DNA of 30,256 nt. It comes from a virus. The notes beneath the pieces are model-generated. The model was not told the origin of the DNA and did no database searches. It saw nothing but the letters and a program-made list of their open reading frames with translations. The DNA is taken from the IMG/VR virus record IMGVR_UViG_3300044786_000093. The stretch is one strand, 5' to 3'. Position 1 is the stretch's first letter, and the number at the start of each line of letters is the position of its first letter. A program made the translations under genes and the position numbers. Shown one piece after another: positions 5,990-12,488 of this stretch.

Positions 5990-6450
5990 AATTTGTTCGC
6001 AGCCGGGCAGGCCAGGGCCGCGCAGCAAGCCACCGCCGAGGCAGGCCGGAGTATCTGCAGCGGTCGGCCTAGGTCCCGGAAAGAAAGCGGGATCGGCGCG
6101 CGGCGCGCTGGGCGGAAGGGCGCGGAGCGGACGGCGCGACTCCAGCCGCGCAACGCGGCTTGGGCCGCGCCGACGCCCGCGCAGAATTTGAAGATGCGCG
6201 CAAAGGACGCGCGTCGCAGGCCTGCCCCATCATGGGGATAAACTTATCACGTGAAGGCCCAGGGGCGCAGCGCCTGCGCTCCGGCGCGAAGCGTGCCGGG
6301 TGGGGGTGCGCTCCCCCCACAACCCCCCGCGCGGGAGACACCCCGCGACCCCGGCAGGGGAGCGAGCAAAGCCCCCTGCACCCCCACACCGAGACCGGCA
6401 ACAAGCCACCGCTCCGGGAGTCCGAAGTATCCGCAGCGGTCAACCGTCAA
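5990..6450. other. Hairpin-dense, T-poor non-coding block bounded by 44-nt imperfect direct repeats (6026-6069 and 6402-6445).
   Basis: The repeats share caagccaccgc...agtatcYgcagcggtc..cc (about 35/44 identical). Internal hairpins: gcgcg-caaagga-cgcgc, gcgcag-cgc-ctgcgc, ccggcGCGAAGCgtgccgg, ggggg-tgcgct-ccccc. No ORF has an RBS or a GC3 signature. Confidence 0.55.
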
Positions 6451-6478
6451 CCGCTTTCCAACCCGCCGAATCTCCCAC

Positions 6479-6507
6479 TTGACGCGCATCTAGACCGGGT
6501 GTATAAA
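6479..6507 (+). promoter_or_regulatory. Sigma70-type promoter (TTGACG-N17-TATAAA) giving a leaderless or near-leaderless mRNA.
   Basis: cacTTGACGcgcatctagaccgggtgTATAAAgaagccATG. The ATG (6514) begins 7 nt after the -10 hexamer and there is no SD. Confidence 0.65.
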
Positions 6508-6513
6508 GAAGCC

Positions 6514-6726
6514 ATGCCCAAACCCCAACCCCGCCCCGCCCCCTACATCTCCATCACCGAGGCCGCCGAGCGATCCGGCCTGACCCACCAGTGGATTCAC
6601 CAGCTCGTCGCCAAGGGCAAAGACGGCCCCTTCCCCGGCGCATGCCAACTCACCAAAGAGTCGAACTCGCCCTACCTGATCCCCGCCACCGAGTTCGAGG
6701 CGTGGCTGAGAGCGAGAGAGACGTGA
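6514..6726 (+). CDS. Excisionase/AlpA-type HTH DNA-binding protein (70 aa). Candidate Xis or lysogeny-switch regulator.
   Basis: YISITEAAERSGLTHQWIHQLV...IPATEFEAWL resembles excisionase-family HTH. It lies about 400 nt from the integrase. Confidence 0.65.
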   Translation: MPKPQPRPAPYISITEAAERSGLTHQWIHQLVAKGKDGPFPGACQLTKESNSPYLIPATEFEAWLRARET

Positions 6727-6989
6727 CCCCTAACATCTTCGCCACCTACTTCGCGGCCCAACTCTCCGGCCACCCGCCGAAGTGGCAGCCCGTGGACACG
6801 CTTTCCGTCCAATTCGAGTCCGGCAAGATCGTCGGACTCACCTACTACAGCAAACACTTTGAACTCTCGCCCGACATCGAGATCAAGGGCGTGGCCCGCG
6901 TCGCCTACGACCAGGCGACCAACACCATCTACTACTACGTCCCCAAAGAAGAAAAACGCGGCCAGCCCCCCCGCGAAGGCGGGGGCTGA
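6723..6989 (+). CDS. Hypothetical protein (88 aa).
   Basis: GTGA start/stop overlap with the upstream gene. In frame with ORF 6591..6989. The C-terminus is encoded by an element-like hairpin (6968-6985). Confidence 0.6.
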   Translation: MTPNIFATYFAAQLSGHPPKWQPVDTLSVQFESGKIVGLTYYSKHFELSPDIEIKGVARVAYDQATNTIYYYVPKEEKRGQPPREGGG

Positions 6990-7088
6990 CCGCGTCGTCG
7001 CACTACTCGGCCCTCCAGGCCGACCGCGCCCACATCCGCTAAGAGTGAGGGCAGCGGCCAGCACATTAAAAACCGAATAGCACGACAG

Positions 7089-7123
7089 TGAGCCGCCCAG
7101 GACTTGAACCCGGAACCAAGTGT
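7089..7123 (-). other. tRNA 3'-end-like segment (T-arm plus acceptor 3' strand). Candidate attP core.
   Basis: The minus strand reads ..ggttCCGGGTTCAAGTCCTGGGCGGCTCA: T-stem/loop GGTTCAAGTCC followed by a 7-nt acceptor strand. No complete cloverleaf lies upstream. It directly abuts the integrase stop codon. Confidence 0.6.
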
Positions 7124-8044
7124 TTAAGGCGCATGTGCCCCACCCAGCAGGTGCAGCACCGGCGAGTAGCGGTCAAACAGCGTCGCGTCCGCGCTCGCCA
7201 TCTGCGCCATCAGCCAACGCGTGTACTCCTCGACGTGCTGAAAGTCGTCCCAGCGGCCGAAGAACTGTAACATGCGCGTGGGGCAGTTTGCAAGAGTCAT
7301 CCCGCACGAGAACGCCCGCCGCCAGGCGTGCGGCGAGAACGCCTTGACCCCGGCGCGCCCGGCCGCCCGTCGGCACAGGCACTTCAGCCCGCCGCGCGTC
7401 AGAGCCTGCCCCCGCTCCGCACCAAAGCCCAGGCCGACGAAGAGCGTCTCCGCGCCCGCCGCCGCGACCTGCGGCCGCGCGCCCAGCCAGGCCGCCAGCG
7501 CCGCCGCGGTCGGCGCGCTGAAGAACCCAAACTTCGTCTGTCCCCCCTTCACGACCACGTCGAACACACGCCGCTCTAGATCCACGTCGCCGATCCGCAG
7601 CCGACAGACTTCCGAGGCGCGCAGGCCCGAGTCGTACAGCAGCATGAAAATGGCCGTGTCGCGTGCACCCGTGACCGTGCTCGTGTCGCACGCCGCCAGC
7701 ACCGCCAACACTTCTCCGGCCGAGAGCGTGCGCTGCACCCGGCGCGGCACGCGCGGATAGGGCAGCCCGCGCGCCGGGGACGAGTCCCCGAGCGACCACT
7801 TGAAGAAACTGCGCATCCCCGCGAGCGCGCGCCTGGTCGCCGAGGCCCCCACCCCCGCCGCCCGCCGCTCAGCCAGGTAGCGCGTCAGGTCCGCCGTCCG
7901 CCAATCGCCGAGGCCCACGACCGGCGGCGATTGCGCCGCACCCCATCGCACCAGTGCCCGCACGTCGAAGCCGTAGCCGACACACGTCTCCGGCGCGTGG
8001 CACAGGGCCAACCAGTTCAGCCAGTCCCCGATCAACTGCTCCAT
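7124..8044 (-). CDS. int: Tyrosine recombinase/integrase (306 aa).
   Basis: N-terminal SAM-like core-binding region. Catalytic signature GLRASE...KGG...HAWRRAF...GRW...Y(TRW). SD-like gggggagagaaagac precedes the ATG. Confidence 0.9.
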   Translation of the reverse strand: MEQLIGDWLNWLALCHAPETCVGYGFDVRALVRWGAAQSPPVVGLGDWRTADLTRYLAERRAAGVGASATRRALAGMRSFFKWSLGDSSPARGLPYPRVPRRVQRTLSAGEVLAVLAACDTSTVTGARDTAIFMLLYDSGLRASEVCRLRIGDVDLERRVFDVVVKGGQTKFGFFSAPTAAALAAWLGARPQVAAAGAETLFVGLGFGAERGQALTRGGLKCLCRRAAGRAGVKAFSPHAWRRAFSCGMTLANCPTRMLQFFGRWDDFQHVEEYTRWLMAQMASADATLFDRYSPVLHLLGGAHAP

Positions 8045-8062
8045 GTCTTTCTCTCCCCCGCT

Positions 8063-8103
8063 CCCCGCTTAAAAGGCGGGGCGCGGACTCAAAGAGTCCG
8101 CGC
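8063..8103. terminator. Two adjacent hairpins in the int upstream region.
   Basis: ccccgc-ttaaaag-gcgggg and gcgcggactc-aaa-gagtccgcgc (10-bp perfect stem). Confidence 0.45.
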
Positions 8104-8240
8104 CGCCTCCCCGGCGCGTGATCTCTGACGCTGGCGCACCGCCGACACCGGCGCGCCCGTCATCACACATCAGCACTTTAGCACGAAGGAGAAGTGAGCG
8201 GCCACATTTCAAATCAACTTCAAACTATCCATGTGTCCCA

Positions 8241-8260
8241 ATCCCCGCGAAGGCGGGGAC
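8241..8260 (+). repeat. Palindromic hairpin element, copy 3 (ATCCCCGCGAAGGCGGGGAC), intergenic.
   Basis: Identical to copy 6 (13529-13548). Confidence 0.9.
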
Positions 8261-8269
8261 CATCACTCG

Positions 8270-8298
8270 CCCGGCGCAGCCCGGCCCGCTGCGCCGGG
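8270..8298 (+). terminator. GC hairpin (cccggcgcag-cccggcccg-ctgcgccggg).
   Basis: 10-bp perfect stem. No clear U-tract. Confidence 0.4.
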
Positions 8299-8322
8299 CG
8301 ATCTTCACCCGAAGGAGAAACC

Positions 8323-8679
8323 ATGAAGCCAATCACCATTCCGCGACCCAGGGAGAACCCTATGCCACTGCCCGCCCACGTCGTCATCGTCACAACCGGC
8401 GATCTCGACCTGTCAACCGAGCAGGGAGTCGAAACCTGCGTACGCCGCATGTGGGCTGTGCCGCTAGATAGGTCAATCCTTCTGGATTTCCTGTTGGGCT
8501 ATCAGCGCGGCGGCGACCACACCAGCGAGGAGCACCTTGAGCTTCACCGCTTGCAGGCGCTGCTCAATTCGCAACTGCGGCACAAGCGCTTCGACTTTCT
8601 GAGCAAGGGGTTGGCCGCAACGCTGTTTCGCCAAGCCGTGCGCGATCTGCCCAACATCGTGCGGAAAGCATCCGGCTAG
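8323..8679 (+). CDS. Hypothetical protein (118 aa).
   Basis: gAAGGAGaaaccATG RBS. The upstream part of ORF 8194..8679 reads through hairpins and is Arg-rich. Confidence 0.7.
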   Translation: MKPITIPRPRENPMPLPAHVVIVTTGDLDLSTEQGVETCVRRMWAVPLDRSILLDFLLGYQRGGDHTSEEHLELHRLQALLNSQLRHKRFDFLSKGLAATLFRQAVRDLPNIVRKASG

Positions 8680-8692
8680 AAGGAGAAGCGCC

Positions 8693-8962
8693 ATGCCACA
8701 ACACCCCGTGCACCACGTTCAATTCATCTCGAACATCCCCGACCTGCTCCGCGCCATCGCCGACGGCGGCGAACTCGTGATGACCCACGACGGCGAGGCG
8801 CGCGAGACCTGGCATGTCGCAAAGCCCGGCAAGCCCGACCGCCGCGTGCTCGCTTCCACCGCCCGCGCCGCCAAGCGCAAGGGCTACATCGTCCCCAGCG
8901 GCATACTCTACTGGCATCTCACCATCGCCGGTGAGCGCGCACGAGAGCGAGGCAAGACATGA
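8693..8962 (+). CDS. Hypothetical protein (89 aa).
   Basis: gAAGGAGaagcgccATG RBS. Confidence 0.75.
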   Translation: MPQHPVHHVQFISNIPDLLRAIADGGELVMTHDGEARETWHVAKPGKPDRRVLASTARAAKRKGYIVPSGILYWHLTIAGERARERGKT

Positions 8963-9165
8963 AACTCTGCGATCTCTGCTACCGCCGCCGCGCCGCCAAA
9001 CGCTTCACGCTCCGCCCGCGCAATTCGACCACGTGCCGCTGCGACCGGCCCGCCTGCGCCGTGGACACGCGCTACGTCGCACATGCCGAGGTCATCCCCA
9101 TGCTGCCCGAAGACCCTTCGACCGTTCGACTAGCTCACGGCTCAGGAGAGACGCCCGATGAATAA
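8959..9165 (+). CDS. Hypothetical Cys-rich protein (68 aa).
   Basis: ATGA overlap with the upstream gene. CDLC...CRCDRPAC. Confidence 0.65.
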   Translation: MKLCDLCYRRRAAKRFTLRPRNSTTCRCDRPACAVDTRYVAHAEVIPMLPEDPSTVRLAHGSGETPDE

Positions 9166-9514
9166 CAACGACGAACTCGCCAACACACCCATCGCGCACT
9201 ACCACCGCCCCGACGGCATCACGTGCTCGCTCGTCGAGACCAGCCCGCGCGCCGCCGCCTGGCTGCACGTCTTCCACCGGCTCGACGGCATCCCCGTCAC
9301 GTCGCTCTACGCCGAGAAGATGGAGCAGCCCGACCACAGCACCGCGCGCGTTCACATGCTCGACCTGTCCCGCATCACCGGCGCCGAGCGCGCACGGCTC
9401 ATCGTGCACATCGCGCAGAAGTCCGGCGCACCCGCGCACATCGTCGACCAGGAACTCGACATCGCCGGCTGCTCGATCCTGGCGACCGACGTCACGGTCT
9501 CGATCCCGATCTAA
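9158..9514 (+). CDS. Hypothetical protein (118 aa).
   Basis: AGGAGA lies 8 nt upstream. 8-nt overlap with the upstream gene. Confidence 0.7.
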   Translation: MNNNDELANTPIAHYHRPDGITCSLVETSPRAAAWLHVFHRLDGIPVTSLYAEKMEQPDHSTARVHMLDLSRITGAERARLIVHIAQKSGAPAHIVDQELDIAGCSILATDVTVSIPI

Positions 9515-9520
9515 CAACAG

Positions 9521-9566
9521 CGCCCGGCGTGTCCCCGACCTGATCGGGGATGACACACGCCGGGCG
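9521..9566 (+). terminator. Nested hairpin: a 12-bp outer stem enclosing a variant hairpin element (9531-9551).
   Basis: cgcccggcgtgt-[ccccgacctgatcgggg]-atg-acacgccgggcg. Confidence 0.55.
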
Positions 9567-9591
9567 ATTGGGCCGGAGGACTCCAGCCACC

Positions 9592-9611
9592 ATCCCCGCC
9601 TTCGCGGGGAC
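9592..9611 (+). repeat. Palindromic hairpin element, copy 4 (ATCCCCGCCTTCGCGGGGAC; loop inverted relative to copies 3 and 6), intergenic.
   Basis: Read directly. Confidence 0.85.
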
Positions 9612-9653
9612 ACCATCTGCCCACCATCTTACACCAAATCGCCGGAGGACACT

Positions 9654-10160
9654 ATGGATTACCTGGTCATGCTCAGCATCGGCTTCGCGCTCGGCTTCGC
9701 CTACCACGCGCTCGCCCCCTGGCGCGAGAGCAAAACGCTCTCGCTCCAACCCATCACGCGCTACGAGTTCACCCCGCCCGTGCGCGTCGAGCCGACCAGC
9801 CACCGCGAACAGTGGTGCCTGTGGACGCACCACTACATCGCGCTCGTCGAGGCGCTGCAACGCGAACGCGGCGCACACCATCCCCGCGCAGGCGGGGACT
9901 GGCTGCCCAGCTACAGGATGCTGCGCGACGAGACCGGGCAGACCTGGCGCACATTCAAAGTTTACGACGACCTACTCGCACATTCCGGCGTGATCGCCGT
10001 CGTCGGGCAGGGGGGCCGACGCTGGCGCGTGCGCAAGCCGCTGCGCCGAAAGTGCCTGAGCACCCTGCCCTACCCTTTCCCCACCCGCCCGCCGCGCTTC
10101 GACTTCACCGTACAGCGTGACAGCGTGACAGGCGTTACAGCGTTTCAGGAGATGCAATGA
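9654..10160 (+). CDS. Hypothetical protein (168 aa) with an N-terminal hydrophobic segment.
   Basis: ccGGAGGAcactATG RBS. Contains element copy 5, encoding HPRAGGD. Confidence 0.75.
   Translation: MDYLVMLSIGFALGFAYHALAPWRESKTLSLQPITRYEFTPPVRVEPTSHREQWCLWTHHYIALVEALQRERGAHHPRAGGDWLPSYRMLRDETGQTWRTFKVYDDLLAHSGVIAVVGQGGRRWRVRKPLRRKCLSTLPYPFPTRPPRFDFTVQRDSVTGVTAFQEMQ
9880..9899 (+). repeat. Palindromic hairpin element, copy 5 (ATCCCCGCGCAGGCGGGGAC), in frame within a CDS.
   Basis: Exact 20-mer. Confidence 0.9.
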
Positions 10161-10480
10161 AAACCTACAACGCCACCCCGCGCGCGCGCGAGGCCGCCGA
10201 TCAAATTGAAATGCTTATGGCCGTCGAGGGCCAGCCAGTACACGTCATCGTCCACGACACCGGCCGCGCCATCGAGATCGTCGTGCCCGCCGACGTGCCC
10301 GACAAACTCCGCGCCAGCCCGCACGTCCCGGCGAGTATGGCCGTCGGACTCGCCACCCACGCGCGCTACGTCCAGTGGGCGCGGAGGCCCAGCACGAGTC
10401 TCTTCGTCCTGTGCGACGACCAGGAGACATTCGAGCAGTACGACCAAATGCTCAACCCGCCCCAGCCGTCTGACGACTGA
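10157..10480 (+). CDS. Hypothetical protein (107 aa).
   Basis: ATGA overlap. GGAG lies 5 nt upstream. Confidence 0.75.
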   Translation: MKTYNATPRAREAADQIEMLMAVEGQPVHVIVHDTGRAIEIVVPADVPDKLRASPHVPASMAVGLATHARYVQWARRPSTSLFVLCDDQETFEQYDQMLNPPQPSDD

Positions 10481-10510
10481 GGACTGAGGACTGAGAACTG
10501 AGGACTGACC
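10474..10510 (+). repeat. Five in-phase heptads (cgacTGA ggacTGA ggacTGA gaacTGA ggacTGA) filling the intergenic gap.
   Basis: TGA occurs at 10471, 10478 (the real stop), 10485, 10492, 10499 and 10506, so each frame is closed twice. The last GAGGA lies 6 nt before ATG 10511. Confidence 0.85.
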
Positions 10511-10900
10511 ATGACCACCCGCCTACGTTCCGTGCACACCCACCCCGCCCGCCGCCTGACCGTGCTCATCGGCGCGCTCACTGCGCTCCCCGAGGTCGCC
10601 GAGGCATCCCCCGCCCCGAGGCGCAACGGGCGCAGACACCCCGCGCCGCACCTTGTCTCCGCGCCGCCCCAGGTCGCCGACATGGGCCGCCTGCTCGCGG
10701 CCTCCGGCGCCTTGGAGGTCTACTACGTGCGCGGCGCCGCCGACATCATCACCGGCCAGGGCGCGCCACACGGCCTTGCCGTCTCGCTCGACCCCGGCTG
10801 CTACCTGCTCGCCCGCTTCCCCAAGGATCACGAGCCGATGGACGGCCAGGTCGCCGTCTTCACCCACCAGCCCGAAGACAGATGGGGGGACGAGCCATGA
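10511..10900 (+). CDS. Hypothetical protein (129 aa).
   Basis: GAGGActgaccATG. ORF track. Confidence 0.65.
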   Translation: MTTRLRSVHTHPARRLTVLIGALTALPEVAEASPAPRRNGRRHPAPHLVSAPPQVADMGRLLAASGALEVYYVRGAADIITGQGAPHGLAVSLDPGCYLLARFPKDHEPMDGQVAVFTHQPEDRWGDEP

Positions 10901-11106
10901 CCACCCGACCCCGATTCTACGCCAAGAGACTGTTCGCGTCACCCGCGCGCCGCGACGCCAACCCGTCCATCTTCGAGCGCGGCAACAACTTTGCCATCGG
11001 CCTGGCCTACAGCACGAATGAAGCCCAACTCATCGTGGACGCGCTCAACGCCTACGTCGAGATGCCCGTCGTCGCCCGCGACGACAAGCAGCCCGAGGAG
11101 TCCTGA
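10897..11106 (+). CDS. Hypothetical protein (69 aa).
   Basis: ATGA overlap with the upstream gene. In frame with ORF 10882..11106. Confidence 0.65.
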   Translation: MTTRPRFYAKRLFASPARRDANPSIFERGNNFAIGLAYSTNEAQLIVDALNAYVEMPVVARDDKQPEES

Positions 11107-11108
11107 CC

Positions 11109-11258
11109 ATGTTCACCCGCCAGTTCAAAATCGCCATCGAGATGAAGATCGTCGCCGTCGAACTGATCGTCCGCCGCCTGTGGAGGCGGCTGCTCATCGT
11201 CACACTGATCGGCTTCCTGCTCGGCGTGCTCATCGTACTGACCTACAGGCTCCCATGA
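11109..11258 (+). CDS. Small membrane protein (49 aa; below the ORF-track cutoff).
   Basis: Hand translation: MFTRQFKIAIEMKIVAVELIVRRLWRRLLIVTLIGFLLGVLIVLTYRLP. GAGGAG lies 8 nt upstream. ATGA overlap with the next gene. Confidence 0.55.
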   Translation: MFTRQFKIAIEMKIVAVELIVRRLWRRLLIVTLIGFLLGVLIVLTYRLP

Positions 11259-11902
11259 CAACCCCCCGCGATCCCGCCGTCCAGTTTCTCCAGCACACCG
11301 CGCCCACCGCGCTCAAGGTGCTCGTCACCCTGGCCGTCTTTCACGACCGCAACGGCCCGGAGGCCGCCGCCGCCCTCCACTGGCTGTGCTGGGCGGCCAA
11401 GATCGGCAGCGCCACCGCCACCCGCACAACCAAATGGCTCGAACACGAGGGCCTCGTCCAGACGTTCTACATCAAAGGCGACAAGCACCTGCGTCTCACC
11501 GCCGCCGCCGCCCAACTGCCCTTGCCGCTCTCCATTACCCCGCCCAACGGAGAGAGTCATCAAAATGATGACTCTCTCGTCCACAGCCCTACTACTGCTA
11601 CTGTTTTAAGTATTAAGTACCATACTATGGATAACTTGCCTGTGGAAAAAGAGAGTCATCAAAATGATGACTCTCTCAGCTTCGCCGACCAGACCGCCCG
11701 CGTGCTCGTCAAACTCGGCGGCGTGCTATACGACCAGGCGCTCGACGCCGTGCAGACCGCCCTGGAGCAGGGCGACAAACAGGCCGACGTGCTCAGCCAG
11801 ATCGAGCAGTGGTCAGGCTGGATCGCCGCCCACATGCCCGAGGTCATCCCGACCATGGGGCTGTCCATTGCGAAGAACTTACAGAAAGGAGCTTGGATGT
11901 AA
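11255..11902 (+). CDS. Winged-helix DNA-binding protein (215 aa). Candidate replication initiator with an internal origin.
   Basis: LKVLVTLAVF...KIGSATATRTTKWLEHEGLVQTFYIKGDKHLRL resembles a wHTH. The gene contains the repeat/AT-rich cassette at 11550-11677, as in the lambda O/ori arrangement. Confidence 0.6.
   Translation: MTTPRDPAVQFLQHTAPTALKVLVTLAVFHDRNGPEAAAALHWLCWAAKIGSATATRTTKWLEHEGLVQTFYIKGDKHLRLTAAAAQLPLPLSITPPNGESHQNDDSLVHSPTTATVLSIKYHTMDNLPVEKESHQNDDSLSFADQTARVLVKLGGVLYDQALDAVQTALEQGDKQADVLSQIEQWSGWIAAHMPEVIPTMGLSIAKNLQKGAWM
11550..11677. promoter_or_regulatory. Candidate origin of replication: two copies of a 28-bp palindromic repeat flanking an AT-rich spacer.
   Basis: agagagtcatc-aaaat-gatgactctctc occurs at 11551-11578 and 11650-11677. 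The spacer gtccacagccctactactgctactgttttaagtattaagtaccatactatggataacttgcc is the most AT-rich stretch of the region. Confidence 0.5.
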
Positions 11903-11995
11903 GCAGCCTGGCCGAGACATCCGGGAATAGGCCCTTTGGGATGATAGCCCCACAGCGCATCGAGGCGCTGGCGGCCACTGAAAGGAGTCACGAAC

Positions 11996-12112
11996 ATGCT
12001 ACGCAAACTCTTGCACAAATGGATCTGCCCCCGCTGCTTGCAGGCTCTCTTGAACATCGGCTCGCGCGGCCACTGCGGCAACTGCGCAAACTGTCCCGGC
12101 TGCCAGAAGTGA
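11996..12112 (+). CDS. Cys-rich mini-protein (38 aa; below the ORF-track cutoff).
   Basis: AAAGGAG lies 8 nt upstream. Sequence MLRKLLHKWICPRCLQALLNIGSRGHCGNCANCPGCQK, with four CxxC-type pairs. Confidence 0.5.
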   Translation: MLRKLLHKWICPRCLQALLNIGSRGHCGNCANCPGCQK

Positions 12113-12116
12113 AGCC

Positions 12117-12227
12117 ATGACCGCGCCCAAGCGCAACGGGACCGCGCTCACCTGCATCCTGCGCCAACTCGCCCGCGCTGCCGCGATTTTGCTTAGCGAA
12201 ATCGTCCAGCCCGGCGTCCCGCAGTAG
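12117..12227 (+). CDS. Short ORF (36 aa) ending at a TAG that is in frame with the next ORF.
   Basis: GC-rich third positions. TAG 12225-12227 is in frame with ATG 12264, and the 36-nt gap also has a coding-like GC3. Confidence 0.35.
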   Translation: MTAPKRNGTALTCILRQLARAAAILLSEIVQPGVPQ

Positions 12228-12263
12228 ACACCGAGGCTGACGGGAGGCCTGACCATCGGCCTG

Positions 12264-12488
12264 ATGCTCGACGGCGGCGCGGGCCGCCCGACGCTCACCC
12301 TCCAACTCGTGCGCGCCTACCAGCACCCGTCCGAGATCGAGTGGGCCACCGTCGTGCGCGCGCTCCCCTATTCGTTGACACCCACCACCTTCCGCCCGCG
12401 CGCCGCGACCGGGGCCAACAGCCGACACGTCCTGTGGGGCACCACGAAGGTCGACGTGCAGGCAAAACTCTTCAATGAAACTCCTTGA
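12264..12488 (+). CDS. Hypothetical protein (74 aa). Possibly the downstream part of an interrupted or read-through gene that starts at 12117.
   Basis: ORF track. No convincing RBS (GGGAGG is 15 nt upstream). Confidence 0.45.
   Translation: MLDGGAGRPTLTLQLVRAYQHPSEIEWATVVRALPYSLTPTTFRPRAATGANSRHVLWGTTKVDVQAKLFNETP

Noticed and set aside
7089-7160. A complete tRNA gene next to the integrase.
   Set aside because: Only the T-arm and acceptor 3' strand can be folded. The sequence where the anticodon and D arms should lie does not pair, and it overlaps the integrase C-terminus. I interpret it as an attP tRNA fragment.
8194-8322. An N-terminal extension of the 8323-8679 gene from GTG 8194, preceded by AAGGAG.
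   Set aside because: The extension reads through a palindromic element and a 10-bp hairpin and is Arg/Ser/Pro-rich. A strong AAGGAG RBS precedes ATG 8323. A short upstream ORF or leader peptide remains possible.
12225-12227. Genome-wide TAG stop-codon reassignment.
   Set aside because: TAG terminates several well-supported genes with the next gene's RBS directly after it. One in-frame TAG is better explained as a local mutation or readthrough.
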